NCBI GenBank assembly: GCA_965226495.1
Contig: OZ245365.1
Location: 1,504,001-1,568,000 of the forward strand
From: Candidatus Marinacidobacterales bacterium
GTDB lineage: Bacteria > Acidobacteriota > Vicinamibacteria > Marinacidobacterales > DATDRI01
Length of the DNA: 64,000 nt
Direction of reading: 5' to 3'
Every line of letters begins with the position of its first letter. Within the stretch, counting starts at the first letter, position 1. Under the pieces are notes generated by a model that was given only the letters and a program-made list of their open reading frames with translations, was not told where the DNA came from and ran no database searches. The position numbers and the translations under genes are program-made. Positions 17,655 through 27,620 of the stretch are shown here, one piece after another.

Positions 17655-19021
17655 TGAAGAAGACTCTCCGGGGTCGGACGGCTTCTCTCGACCCGACAAT
17701 CGAGCTCACCTTGTTCGAGGGTGACGCGCACCGCGTCACCCGGCTCCACTCCGCTCGCCTCCCGGAGCAAATTTCCGGCTTCGTCCCAAGTCAGGCTGTA
17801 GCCCCGCCCCAAAACTGCCAAAGGTGACAAGGCTTCGAGTTGGGCGGTCGAACGAGCGAGCAGTTGCCCGGCCCGGCTCAGCCGTTCGCGTTGGGCCGAG
17901 AGCAGCAACGAGCTTAAGTGAGCGAGTTTGGTTCGGGATTGACTCACTTGACGATCCAACTTGAAAGCCTCGAGTTGGCGGGTCAAGCTGTCGAGCTGCG
18001 CTTTTCGATTCTGGACGAAGCGATCGATACAAGCTTGAGTGCGGAAGGTGATCTCGTCAAGACGTTGAGAACCGGACTGGACGGCGTGCCGGACCGCTAA
18101 GAAGGCCTGGTGCGCCGCGAGTCGCTCGACACTGCTGCGAAGCCGGCTCATTCGATGCAAGAGGCTCTGGTCGGCACGTTGTGCGAGTCGTCCGACCTGC
18201 TCTAGAAAGTCTTCTTTTCGAGAAACGACGATTTCGGCCGCTGCGGAAGGCGTCGCGGCTCTCACATCGGCGACGAAGTCCGCTATGGTGAAGTCCACTT
18301 CGTGCCCCACGGCGCTGATCACGGGAATCGCCGACGCAGCGATTGCCCGGGCCACCGGTTCCTCGTTGAACGGCCAAAGGTCCTCGATCGAGCCGCCGCC
18401 GCGACCGATGATGAGGGCGTCGAATCCGCCGATGCGGTTGAGCACTTGTATGCCCTTCGTGATCTCGGCCGCCGCAAGATCTCCCTGCACCTGTGCAGGG
18501 TAGAGCAGGACCTCGATATTGGGGTAACGGCGATGAAGGATGCGACAGATGTCCCGAATAGCAGCGCCAGTGGGGGATGTGACGACACCGATCTTTTGTG
18601 GAAGAAGAGGAAGTGTCCGTTTTCGTTCCGGGGCGAAGAGACCCTCTTTGGCCAACTTTTCCTTGAGCTGCTCGAAGGCGAGCTGCAGGGCCCCTTTCCC
18701 TCGAGGTTCCATCCAGTCGACTTGGAGTTGATAGGACCCGCGAGGTTCGTAGAGCGTGATGTGCCCCCGCGCGAGGACTGCCATGCCGTCGGCCGGTCGA
18801 AACTTGAGAAACCGCTGGGCACTACGAAACATGACGCCGGAGAGTTGGGTGCGAGCGTCCCTGAGAGTGAAGTACAGGTGGCCCGAGGAGGGCTGCTTGA
18901 AGTTGCTGAGCTCTCCTACCACCCAAATGTCGTAGAACTCTCCCTCCAAATGAAGCTTGATTTCTCGCGTCAGTTGGCTGACCGAGTAGATCCTGCTTTG
19001 TTCGGTGGGCTGCGGCTTCAT
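17651..19021 (-). CDS. xseA: exodeoxyribonuclease VII large subunit
   Basis: SGHLYFTL, TSPTGAA, RGGGSIEDLW.FN, SAVGHEVD and TPSAAAE. Confidence 0.97.
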   Translation of the reverse strand: MKPQPTEQSRIYSVSQLTREIKLHLEGEFYDIWVVGELSNFKQPSSGHLYFTLRDARTQLSGVMFRSAQRFLKFRPADGMAVLARGHITLYEPRGSYQLQVDWMEPRGKGALQLAFEQLKEKLAKEGLFAPERKRTLPLLPQKIGVVTSPTGAAIRDICRILHRRYPNIEVLLYPAQVQGDLAAAEITKGIQVLNRIGGFDALIIGRGGGSIEDLWPFNEEPVARAIAASAIPVISAVGHEVDFTIADFVADVRAATPSAAAEIVVSRKEDFLEQVGRLAQRADQSLLHRMSRLRSSVERLAAHQAFLAVRHAVQSGSQRLDEITFRTQACIDRFVQNRKAQLDSLTRQLEAFKLDRQVSQSRTKLAHLSSLLLSAQRERLSRAGQLLARSTAQLEALSPLAVLGRGYSLTWDEAGNLLREASGVEPGDAVRVTLEQGELDCRVERSRPTPESLLQ

Positions 19022-19215
19022 CGTACCTAAGACTATACATTAGACGGGATTAACGCGACATCCAGGATATGGACTGTGGGCACTTTCCGATGCCGCGACC
19101 GAATGGGTGGTCGCCACGCATCGAGGTGGATTTGGGGCGTCAAAATGCCTCGTTGCTAATACTCCAGGTGGAAAGCAGGCATCAAAAGGGCGAGATGCCC
19201 GTCAGACGGCGGTCT

Positions 19216-20007
19216 CTATGCGAGGTCTTGTTCGGTTACACGGGTGCGGGCGATGGAGCGGGCCTTGCCGGTCGATTCGTCGATGTCAACCACCACCGCA
19301 TTCAGCCACGGGTTTTTCGTGGCGGTCTCGAACTTGGACGGTATGCCTTTGAGAAAGCGAGCTAGAGAGGGTTCGCGTTCGATCCCGATGACCGAGTCGA
19401 AGGGGCCACACATCCCGACGTCGGTGATGTACGCAGTTCCTCCGGGAAGCACTCGCTCATCCGCAGTAGGGATGTGAGTGTGCGTTCCGACCACCGCCGA
19501 AACCTTGCCATCCAGAAACCAACCCATGGCCATTTTTTCCGACGTGGCTTCGCCGTGCATGTCCACGAAGATGACACGGGACTCCTTTGCTAAACGAGCC
19601 ACTTCCTGCTCGGCGGCCCGAAACGGGCAGTCGGTAACCGGCATGAAGACTCTACCCTGGACGTTGAGTACGGCCACCGGTGTGCCGGATGCGGTGTGGG
19701 CAACGTAGCGGCCCGTTCCTGGGGAATTCGGCGGGTAGTTGATGGGACGAATGAGTCGAGGCTCCCGGCCCAAGTAACTGATGATCTCTTTCTTGTCCCA
19801 GATGTGGTTTCCCGAAGTGAGCACGTCGATCCCGCTCGCAAAAAATTGGTCAGCGATATCAGGTGTGACCCCGAACCCGGCTGCTGCGTTTTCGACATTG
19901 GCAATGACCAGATCGAATTCCTGATCCTCGCGTAGCTTCTCTAGGCCCCGCTTGAGGATCTGTCTACCAGCCTTACCAACGACGTCTCCGGCGAAAAGGA
20001 TCTTCAC
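19216..20007 (-). CDS. TIGR00282 / YmdB-like metallophosphoesterase
   Basis: GDVVG, NVENAA.G.G, TSGNH, D.HGEATSEK and GTHTH. Confidence 0.95.
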   Translation of the reverse strand: MKILFAGDVVGKAGRQILKRGLEKLREDQEFDLVIANVENAAAGFGVTPDIADQFFASGIDVLTSGNHIWDKKEIISYLGREPRLIRPINYPPNSPGTGRYVAHTASGTPVAVLNVQGRVFMPVTDCPFRAAEQEVARLAKESRVIFVDMHGEATSEKMAMGWFLDGKVSAVVGTHTHIPTADERVLPGGTAYITDVGMCGPFDSVIGIEREPSLARFLKGIPSKFETATKNPWLNAVVVDIDESTGKARSIARTRVTEQDLA

Positions 20008-22499
20008 GTCGCTACCGGCCGACGGGTGCGAACGGAAGGAGCGAGCTTGGGGCGAGCCGTTCGTGAGGAGCGAGAGCGTTGGCTGCCGCTGCGCTGCCCT
20101 ACCAACACGAGTTTGAGCACTTCTTCGACTTGATCAACGAGCTCGAGCTTCATATCCTTCTTGACATAGTCGGGAATGTCTTCGACCTCTTTGCGGTTGA
20201 GTCGCGGCAAGACGACCGTGTCTAGCTTGGCGCGTCGAGCCGCCAGGACCTTCTCCTTGATGCCTCCGATGGGGAGCAGGTTGCCCCGGAGGGTGATCTC
20301 TCCGGTAAGTGCCATGTTCCTGCGGACCGGCGTGTTGGTCAGAACCGACACCATCGCCACCGCGATCGTGATGCCAGCGGAGGGACCGTCCTTGGGGATC
20401 GCGCCCTCGGGTACGTGGATATGCAGATCGTGCGTGGAGAAAATTTCTTCGTCGATTTGGAACTGGCGCGCTCGCGAACGGGCGTAGGAGAGAGCCGCCT
20501 GTGCCGACTCTTTCATCACCTCTCCGAGCTTGCCGGTGAGTATCAGATTTCCTTTTCCTTTCATTGCCGTCGCCTCGACGAACAAGACGTCTCCACCAGT
20601 CGGGGTCCACGCCAGCCCGGTTGCGATACCGATCCGGTCCTTCTTGAGCATTTCGTCGGGCAGTACCTTCGGTGAGCCGAGAAAGTTGGACAGGTTCTTG
20701 GCCGTTACTTTAGTCAGCTCCTGCCTGCCTTCCGCGACCTGCTTGGCTACCTTACGGCAAACTCGGGCGACCTCGCGTTCCAAGTTTCTCAGACCCGCCT
20801 CGCGTGTGTATAGAGCGATGATCTGCCGAATGGCGGGATCGGCGATGGTCAACTCTTTTGTGGTGAGCCCGTTTTCGTCGAGCTGTTTGGGTATGAGGTG
20901 CCGTTTCGTGATTTGAAGTTTTTCCTCCTCGGTATAGCCCGACAGCTCGAGGAGCTCCATTCGGTCGAGAAACGCCGGCTGGATGGGATCGAGCTGATTC
21001 GCCGTTGTGATGAACATGACGTTGGAAAGATCGAACGTCGTGCCGAGGTAGTTGTCCCGGAAGGCGTTGTTCTGCTCAGGATCGAGAACTTCCAGCAAGG
21101 CGGAGCTGGGGTCGCCACGGTAGTCGGCGCCCACTTTGTCCACCTCGTCCAGCATGAAGACCGGGTTATTGGAGCCAGCCTGCTGAATGCCCTGAATGAT
21201 TCTACCGGGCATGGAGCCGACGTAGGTGCGGCGGTGACCGCGGATTTCCGCCTCATCGCGCACGCCCCCGAGCGACACCCGATGGAACTTCCGGCCTATC
21301 GCCCGGGCGATGGAACGCCCGAGAGACGTCTTGCCCACTCCCGGGGGGCCGACGAAGCAGAGGATCGGTCCCTTCATTTTCTTCTTGAGCTTGCGGACCG
21401 CCAAATACTCCAAGATCCGCTCCTTGACCTTTTCTAGCCCGTAGTGGTCCTCGTCGAGAATCGCCTTCACCTGTTTCATGTCCAGGTTGTCTTTGGTTTC
21501 GCGACTCCAGGGAAGGGTGACCATGACCTCGAGATGGTTTCGCAACGTGGCGGTCTCGGCGGAGTCGGGGTGCATGCGCTCGAGTTTTCCGATTTGCCGG
21601 TTCACTTCGGTATAGATGTCTTTCGGCATCTTCGCCCGCCGCGCCTTGTCTCGCAGCTGGCGGACCTCCTCGGACAGTTCGTTTCCTTCGCCAAGCTCGG
21701 TTTGAATAGCCTTCAGCTGCTGCCGCAAAAAGAACTCGCGCTGCGTGCGGTCCATCTCGCCTTTGGCCTGCGAGCTGATCTGCTGCTGCATCGTTAGGAC
21801 CTCGAGCTCCTTGGTGACGAGCTCGTAGACTTTGCGCAGTCTTTCCGCGGGGTCGATCGTATCCAGCACTTCCTGGGCACCGTCGACCTTGAGGTCTAGA
21901 TTCGATACGGCTAGATCGGCCAACCGTCCGGGGTCCTCTAAGTTGGCCGCAATAACCATGACCTCGGGCGAGATGGCCTTACCGAGATTGGCGGATTTCT
22001 CGAGCGCGCCCTTGACGTTTCGCATGAGCGCCTCGAGCTCGAGGGATTCGGACTCCCACTCGGATTCTTTTACCGTAGAGAGCCGAGCTTGAAAGAAAGG
22101 GTCGGCGTGCGAGAACTCTTCGACGACCGCTCGGTGCATGCCCTGCACGAGGACGCGGATGCGCCCGTCGGGCAGCTTGAGCATGCGCATGATGACCGCC
22201 ACCGTACCCATTCGGTACAAGTCGTCGGGCTCGGGGTCTTCTTTTTCCTGATCTCTCTGGGCGAGGAGCAGGATCATGCGGTTTTCGGCTAAGGCGGAGT
22301 CGACGGCCTTGATCGATTTGTCACGGCTCACGTAGAGCGGGACGATCATGAAAGGGAAGATCACGATGTCACGCAGGGGTAACACCGGGAGCAAATCGGG
22401 GATTTGAACGAGATCCAGCTCTTGCTCTTGGAGCGGTTCCTGCTCTTCTTGGTTGTCGGGTTTCTCGGAACTGTCAGGTCGGTCTGGGTCTTCAGTCAT
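20004..22499 (-). CDS. lon: ATP-dependent protease La (Lon)
   Basis: LON N-terminal domain, [27 protein letters not shown] and GGIKEK. Confidence 0.98.
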   Translation of the reverse strand: MTEDPDRPDSSEKPDNQEEQEPLQEQELDLVQIPDLLPVLPLRDIVIFPFMIVPLYVSRDKSIKAVDSALAENRMILLLAQRDQEKEDPEPDDLYRMGTVAVIMRMLKLPDGRIRVLVQGMHRAVVEEFSHADPFFQARLSTVKESEWESESLELEALMRNVKGALEKSANLGKAISPEVMVIAANLEDPGRLADLAVSNLDLKVDGAQEVLDTIDPAERLRKVYELVTKELEVLTMQQQISSQAKGEMDRTQREFFLRQQLKAIQTELGEGNELSEEVRQLRDKARRAKMPKDIYTEVNRQIGKLERMHPDSAETATLRNHLEVMVTLPWSRETKDNLDMKQVKAILDEDHYGLEKVKERILEYLAVRKLKKKMKGPILCFVGPPGVGKTSLGRSIARAIGRKFHRVSLGGVRDEAEIRGHRRTYVGSMPGRIIQGIQQAGSNNPVFMLDEVDKVGADYRGDPSSALLEVLDPEQNNAFRDNYLGTTFDLSNVMFITTANQLDPIQPAFLDRMELLELSGYTEEEKLQITKRHLIPKQLDENGLTTKELTIADPAIRQIIALYTREAGLRNLEREVARVCRKVAKQVAEGRQELTKVTAKNLSNFLGSPKVLPDEMLKKDRIGIATGLAWTPTGGDVLFVEATAMKGKGNLILTGKLGEVMKESAQAALSYARSRARQFQIDEEIFSTHDLHIHVPEGAIPKDGPSAGITIAVAMVSVLTNTPVRRNMALTGEITLRGNLLPIGGIKEKVLAARRAKLDTVVLPRLNRKEVEDIPDYVKKDMKLELVDQVEEVLKLVLVGQRSGSQRSRSSRTARPKLAPSVRTRRPVAT

Positions 22500-22563
22500 A
22501 GTCAGATCTGCCGAGCTTCTTCACTGACATCACGGCTAGGCCAGTGAGACAGTTGGCGTTGCG

Positions 22564-23019
22564 TTAGCCTTGTTCCTTGATTTTCAGCCGAATCTTGCTG
22601 CCGCGTCGATCTTTGAGCTTGGGTATGGTTATCGTGAGCACTCCCTGGCCTAGCTCCGCGTCGGCTTTGGCAAGGTCCACCGCTTGATCGATGTAGATGG
22701 AGCGTGTGAACTTGCCAAAGCTTCTTTCCATGCACAGGTAGCCGTTGTTCCGTTGCTCGGTCTTCGGTTCTTTCTTTTCCCCGGAGACAATCAACTTGTG
22801 CCCTTGAAAAGCGGCCGTGAGGTCTCTCTTGGTCATGCCGGGAGCTTCCACCTTGATGACCAACGAGTCTTTGGTCTCGAATACGTCGAAGCTGGGAAGC
22901 CACTCGCCCAGACCTACTCCGGCTTCGCTGCGCTCGAAGTGCGTGAGCTGCTCGAAGAGCCTGCTAATCTCCTTCTGGAGCGCCGTCATCTCCGGGAAGG
23001 CGTCCCGTCTTTCAACCAT
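22564..23019 (-). CDS. Hsp20/alpha-crystallin small heat shock protein
   Basis: P..DV.ET, ERSFGKFTRS and GVLTITIPK. Confidence 0.95.
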   Translation of the reverse strand: MVERRDAFPEMTALQKEISRLFEQLTHFERSEAGVGLGEWLPSFDVFETKDSLVIKVEAPGMTKRDLTAAFQGHKLIVSGEKKEPKTEQRNNGYLCMERSFGKFTRSIYIDQAVDLAKADAELGQGVLTITIPKLKDRRGSKIRLKIKEQG

Positions 23020-23055
23020 GGATCCCTCTGAAAAATAATAACTTTCGAATGAACG

Positions 23056-23084
23056 ACCTTAACACATCGGCTACAACCGGTCAA
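23056..23084 (-). promoter_or_regulatory. sigma70-type promoter for hsp20-lon
   Basis: TTGACC-17 nt-TAAGGT with an extended -10 TG. Confidence 0.6.
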
Positions 23085-23147
23085 GAAACGGGAGTTTACC
23101 GCGATCGAGCGTACTTTCGATGAAGATAAAGAGGGGGCGAACCGGAA

Positions 23148-24881
23148 TCAGACGCGTCGCACGACGATCAGCGTTCGGTCGTCGGTGGGACGACCCGTTG
23201 CATAGGCATCGACTTCTTGCTGGATGGTTACCATCATCTCCGGCGCTGAGAGCTTGGCGTGGTTTTTCAACACCTCCGCTAAGCGGTCCTCACCGTATTC
23301 CTCGCCGTCTTCTCCCCAGCTTTCACTGATGCCGTCGGTGAAAACCACTAGTATGTCGCCGGGTTCGAGCGTGGTCTCGCCTTGCTCGTACGGTACGCTC
23401 TCGAACATCTCGACAACGGTGCCGCCTACTTCCAGCCGGTCGGCCTCGCCAGACTTCGCCCGATAGACAATGGGCGGTATGTGGCCTGCATTGACGTAAA
23501 GTAGTTCGCCGGTCTTGGGGTCGAGATCGCCGAGGAAGAACGTCACATATGCATGTTCTGGCGTGTTGTGGAACATCACTTGGTTGGTGTGAGACATGAT
23601 AGACGCCATGTCGTTCTCTTCCTGCTGGCATGCGGAATGAACGGTGGCCCTCAAAACCATCATCATTAGAGCTGCCCCGGCGCCTTTCCCCGAGACGTCG
23701 CCGAGCGCGAAAGCGAGGCGGCCAGAGGGCTTCGGGATGTAATCGAAGTAGTCGCCGCCGATCGTATAGCAGGGCGTATTCGTTCCCGCGATATCCCAAC
23801 CTTCGATTAGTGGAGCTTTGCTGGGAAGGAGGTTTTGCTGGATGTCGCCAGCGAGAGCGAGCTCATGCTCCATCCGCTTCTTCTCGATCATTTGCTCGAC
23901 CAGCTGGGCGTTCTCCAACTTGATTGCCGCGACGTTGGCCAAGGAAGTAAGAAGCGAGAGGTCGTCTTGAGTGAAAATGCTTTCTTGAATCAAGCGGTCG
24001 ACATAGATGAGGCCGGTGACCGCCTTGTTGTTCCAAAGTGGTACGCACATCGCGGAGCGGATACCGACGGAGACGATCGAATCTTGCGATTTGAATCTGG
24101 GGTCGCTCAGCGCGCTGCTGGTTAGGATGGAGACCTTTTCTCCAATTACTTTGTCGGCGATGGTGCGGCTGAAAGTGATCTCCTCCCTGGTTTCTTCGGG
24201 CTTGTCGGAGTTCGTGCGGACCGACTTGACTTCTAGACCGCCGCCGTCGTCCTTGGTTAACATCAACGCTCCGCGTTCCGGTTTCACGACCTTGAAGGCA
24301 AGCTCCAAGATGAAATCTAGCAGCTCGTTGACCGGTCGGTCGCTGATGAGGGCCATACTGGCTTCGCTGAGGGCGGCCAAGATCTGGTTCTGTTTGATGA
24401 TTGCGGACGAATCGGTGGAGCCCGTTTTGGGCCCCGACCGCTTGGTGGGTCCGGCGACGTTATCCCAGGTGTCCTCTTGCCCGCGGGCCTGAGCCAACAG
24501 GTGTTCGGTCGGAACCACTACGGTGCCATCGAGGTCGAGGTCACTGCTCGGGCTTTCTTCGAGCCGGACGCTGCCCGAAGGCTCCTGCATAAAGGTCAAT
24601 TGGTGATCGCCTAGGGTGATGGTGTCTTCGTCGTCGAGCCGCGCCTTGTCGGCGATACGACTACCGTTGACCAGCGTGCCATTCCGGCTCTCCAGGTCGT
24701 GGATGGAGTACGCGTCGCTTTCTTCGCGAATCTCGGCGTGGTGGCGCGACAGCCACTGGTCGGGCAAGACGAGGTCGTTACGCTTTGAGCGGCCTATTGT
24801 GAGGACCGGCTTGTTAAGGGGCACGGTAAACGGCTCCCCGTGCAGGGGACGAACCCGCAACTCGGGGAATTTTTTTGTCAC
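23148..24881 (-). CDS. FHA-GAF-PP2C (SpoIIE-like) serine/threonine phosphatase
   Basis: IGRS..ND...SR.HA..S.NGT (FHA); IRSAMCVPL..GLIYVD (GAF); GGDYFD, DVSGKG, FTDGI and DDRT (PP2C). Start uncertain (GTG 24881 or ATG 24929). Confidence 0.93.
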   Translation of the reverse strand: MTKKFPELRVRPLHGEPFTVPLNKPVLTIGRSKRNDLVLPDQWLSRHHAEIREESDAYSIHDLESRNGTLVNGSRIADKARLDDEDTITLGDHQLTFMQEPSGSVRLEESPSSDLDLDGTVVVPTEHLLAQARGQEDTWDNVAGPTKRSGPKTGSTDSSAIIKQNQILAALSEASMALISDRPVNELLDFILELAFKVVKPERGALMLTKDDGGGLEVKSVRTNSDKPEETREEITFSRTIADKVIGEKVSILTSSALSDPRFKSQDSIVSVGIRSAMCVPLWNNKAVTGLIYVDRLIQESIFTQDDLSLLTSLANVAAIKLENAQLVEQMIEKKRMEHELALAGDIQQNLLPSKAPLIEGWDIAGTNTPCYTIGGDYFDYIPKPSGRLAFALGDVSGKGAGAALMMMVLRATVHSACQQEENDMASIMSHTNQVMFHNTPEHAYVTFFLGDLDPKTGELLYVNAGHIPPIVYRAKSGEADRLEVGGTVVEMFESVPYEQGETTLEPGDILVVFTDGISESWGEDGEEYGEDRLAEVLKNHAKLSAPEMMVTIQQEVDAYATGRPTDDRTLIVVRRV

Positions 24882-25267
24882 CAATAAGGCTACTCTCTCG
24901 AAGGTCGGGCTATTGAGCCACGCAGTCATTGATTCATTGAGTCAATGAATGGCCAGAAACAATTATAAGTAACACTGGCCTTCGGTTGCTGTCAAGACGC
25001 TGCAATTCCAGATGGTTAACCCGAGTGCTCGATGGGCGTGGTGAGCCGGCGCTCGGAAGGGAGCGGCCGTCGATCAGTACAGGTGGTGCAGACCGTGGAG
25101 CAGGTGGGGGCTTACTCTCTTCCTGGCTTTAGGTTGCGGTGGGATTTTAGGGTGCGTGGATGATGAAGCGGGATAGGGAGAATGCCGAAACCTTGGCGTC
25201 CCCTATTGATGGCCATGTGTTTCCCTTAAGAATAAACCCCCGTCCTGCACGAATCTCCGCCTAGTGA

Positions 25268-25298
25268 CCCTCTCCCGGAGGGAGAGGGATTAAAGGAA
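25268..25298. repeat. REP-like family member
   Basis: CCCTCTCCCGGAGGGAGAGGGATTAAAGGAA. Confidence 0.75.
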
Positions 25299-25324
25299 CA
25301 AGAGTCCACTATTATCGTGCCGTG

Positions 25325-25519
25325 AAAAGGAGCCCAAGAGAGACCTGGCTTGGCCATCGCAGCCTCTCAGTGGAGGGCCAGCGGATGCCTCTGAGAGGGC
25401 TCAGCGTCCCACGATCGGGAGCGGCCAGTTTCTATCCGGAGGTAGGACCCCAGGTCTCCCCCGAGCTTGCCGACTTTCCACCGGCATCGCTGCCGGCAGT
25501 CGCTCAGCTTCCCTTCGCC
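25325..25519 (-). ncRNA. candidate sigma54-dependent structured RNA of about 190 nt
   Basis: 18-bp closing stem 25331-25348/25450-25467 whose four non-Watson-Crick pairs are G-U only on the minus strand; GCGA (GNRA) hairpin at 25472-25501; nested inner helices; a U4 tract after the stem. Confidence 0.6.
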
Positions 25520-25529
25520 TCACATGAGA

Positions 25530-25546
25530 GGCAAAGGCTGTTCCAG
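25530..25546 (-). promoter_or_regulatory. sigma54 (-24/-12) promoter
   Basis: Minus strand CTGGAACAGCCTTTGCC has GG-10 nt-GC spacing; AT-rich IHF-like tract at about 25573-25596. Confidence 0.6.
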
Positions 25547-25732
25547 GAAGATCCGTCAAGTGACCCGTCACGTTTTATTGATAACAAAGGGTTTTCGCCC
25601 GCAACTTAGAGAAGGGGAGATCTGGCTCCTTTGGCATTTGGGCGTAGCCGCGCACTCCGCTGAGCCTAATGCCGCAGAATCGGGCGGGAGAGTGAAGGGG
25701 TGTTGTGGGCCGACCGCTTGGAGGGAACGACT

Positions 25733-26923
25733 TCAGGAAGACTTGGGTGACGTCGGCTCACTTTCAGTTGAGTCGCCGCTCAGCTCGGGGGTCAATTCCG
25801 GGGTTGGCTCTGGTGTTATGTTTTCCGTCGGTTCTTTCTCTGCAGGCTCTGCAGGCTCTGCAGGCGGTCCGGGCGATTCGTCACTTGTTGGTTCACCAAC
25901 TGGTGGCGTCGATAGGTCCGTCGCGGAAGGCTCTGGAGAATTGGGAGCCGTCTCGACTTCGGGGGTCTGCGGCGCGTCCTCACCATCTTCAGTGACGTCA
26001 AGAGTAGGCGTATCGGGAGTAGCGGGCCCCGCAATTTCATCTGCGGCTTGATGTGCCGCAGGCTGTTCTTCTTCTGGTTTTGGCTCTGGTACTGGCTCCG
26101 TCGCCACATCTCCCACTGCATCTTGATTTGTTTGTTCGACTGGGAGTGTTAAAACAGGCGTCTCAATAATAACGGGGGCAACGGGGGTGCCGGGAGTAAT
26201 GGCAGCGTTCTCGATCGGCGCCGGCATTACCGGAGTTCCGCCTTCGTCCTCGCTCACTCCTGCCGCGGCGGTCGAGGAAGCTTCCTCCTCTTCTTCCTTC
26301 GCGTTCAAAGCCGCGTCTTCGGCTGCCTTTTGCGCCTTGACCTGGCGCCTTCTCTCCTTCGCCTCTTCCCGTTCCTTGCGGCGATGGGTGTTCATCGCCT
26401 CTTGTAGGATTCGGGTGATAAGAGCCTGTGCCTCGGCCCGCGTGCAGTCCTTGGAAAGCGCAACCTCCGCGGCCAGCCAGCTACGGATCTTTCGGCGACT
26501 CTGCTCGTCTTCTCGACTCAGCCCAGTTGTTTGCCTAAGGAGATGAAGTCGTTTCAATCCTTTCGCCAAGGCGCGTGGGGACCCCTCACTCACGAGATTT
26601 TCGATCAGGCCCTCCAGCTCTTTTTCCTCCTCCAGAGGCTGCTCGAACTCGGCAGCGAGCTCGGCTTCAATCTCTTCGAGTTTCCTGCCGGCGGGCCGGA
26701 GTCCAAGCTTAGGTACACGCTCCGTAGGGATAAGAATCCGGCTGCCCTCCTCGAGGTCCTCCAGTTCGACGAGCCTCTTCCCAGGGGCGGCCCGGTCCTC
26801 GGTGAGTCCCCGATAGACGCAATGTCCGACTTTTGGATAAAAAACAGGCTCGCCCGGTTCAGGAAGCCCGGCAAGGGTGGGATCACCTTGATCCACGAGC
26901 ACCTCCTTTTCGCCCATAAACAT
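25733..26923 (-). CDS. divergent CarD-family protein with a coiled coil and a long acidic Pro/Glu-rich tail
   Basis: PGEPVFYPKVGHC...ILIPTERVPKLGLRP resembles the CarD RID; GS...LAK.LKRL...LS..D....RK.R..LA.EVAL resembles the CarD CTD. Confidence 0.8.
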   Translation of the reverse strand: MFMGEKEVLVDQGDPTLAGLPEPGEPVFYPKVGHCVYRGLTEDRAAPGKRLVELEDLEEGSRILIPTERVPKLGLRPAGRKLEEIEAELAAEFEQPLEEEKELEGLIENLVSEGSPRALAKGLKRLHLLRQTTGLSREDEQSRRKIRSWLAAEVALSKDCTRAEAQALITRILQEAMNTHRRKEREEAKERRRQVKAQKAAEDAALNAKEEEEEASSTAAAGVSEDEGGTPVMPAPIENAAITPGTPVAPVIIETPVLTLPVEQTNQDAVGDVATEPVPEPKPEEEQPAAHQAADEIAGPATPDTPTLDVTEDGEDAPQTPEVETAPNSPEPSATDLSTPPVGEPTSDESPGPPAEPAEPAEKEPTENITPEPTPELTPELSGDSTESEPTSPKSS

Positions 26924-26957
26924 ATCACGTCTACTCCGTTCTGGAACTAAAAGGGCG

Positions 26958-27320
26958 CTAAAAGCGGCAGTAGCGTCCTGGGACGGACTCGAGTTCGTGG
27001 CAAGAAGCGGTGCCGATTTCGGGTAGCGAGGACGCTTCTCCGAGATGTTGGCAGGACGGAGGTACTTCCAAATCGACAGCTCCGAGAGTTCGCCGGACTA
27101 GACAGCGTAGGGAGTTGCTCGGGTAGTCCTCCGTCCAAACCGCGGGTCTAAGCGAGGGGCCCGACTTGGTGCTTCCAAGGTAGTGCGGCCGAATGGCCGG
27201 GTGGTGCGGGGCCTCGAGGTTCGCCGAGGGTGAGACGGAGGCTAGGGAAGGGAAGAGCCGGTGGGTGAAATGGACGACGGCCCCGATTCCCAGGGCGAGA
27301 ACGAAGATGGTGTTTCGCAT
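26958..27320 (-). CDS. hypothetical small protein with an N-terminal hydrophobic segment
   Basis: Strong RBS GAGGAGG before the ATG; MRNTIFVLALGIGAVV; no family recognised. Confidence 0.45.
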   Translation of the reverse strand: MRNTIFVLALGIGAVVHFTHRLFPSLASVSPSANLEAPHHPAIRPHYLGSTKSGPSLRPAVWTEDYPSNSLRCLVRRTLGAVDLEVPPSCQHLGEASSLPEIGTASCHELESVPGRYCRF

Positions 27321-27334
27321 GACTGCCTCCTCAT

Positions 27335-27614
27335 AAAAGTGATGGCCAGGCCATCGAAGGCACCGCCGGCAGGGGGACCGGCAGGAACCCCCGAAAGCAG
27401 GGAGACAGACAAGCTCCAGGAAAGGAGTTCCGAGGCCAAGGGTTGGGGAGCGGGCCCCGAAAACGGCAATTAAAGCCCCGCCACCTTCCTGCTGAGCTTA
27501 TCGAGCTTGGCGGAGGGCGGTGGAGACCATGAAAACTAAAATGCCGACGCGACTTCCCTCAGACTTTTCTCCCTGCTGAAAGGCGCCGTCCTGTTTGGGG
27601 GGAGGATTGAGCGC
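27335..27614 (-). ncRNA. candidate structured leader or sRNA of about 280 nt
   Basis: AGCAGGGAGA/TCTCCCTGCT closes a 182-nt branched hairpin (27396-27577) with minus-strand G-U pairs; terminator-like GATGGC-ctg-GCCATC-ACTTTT just before the RBS. Confidence 0.5.
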
Positions 27615-27620
27615 TGGGCC

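Noticed and set aside
25040-25072. CTCGGAAGGGAGCGGCC resembling the SRP RNA domain IV
   Set aside because: It lacks the conserved CAGG/AGCA symmetric loop, and I could not build the long flanking helix.
25472-25507. CUGAGCGA...GAAA as a hammerhead core; GUGGGACGC nearby as a c-di-GMP-I riboswitch
   Set aside because: The spacing does not fit CUGANGA and no stems I/III form; the c-di-GMP GGCAAAC and GAAA tetraloop/receptor elements are missing.
27321-27530. Stop-codon readthrough extending the 120-aa ORF upstream (MVSTALRQAR*...)
   Set aside because: The stop is TAA, the upstream ATG has no RBS, and the region is better explained as structured RNA.
27396-27577. Canonical 6S RNA
   Set aside because: The size fits, but typical 6S conserved blocks and the zapA/ygfA/rny context are absent and there is an extra branch. 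Kept only as an unknown structured RNA.
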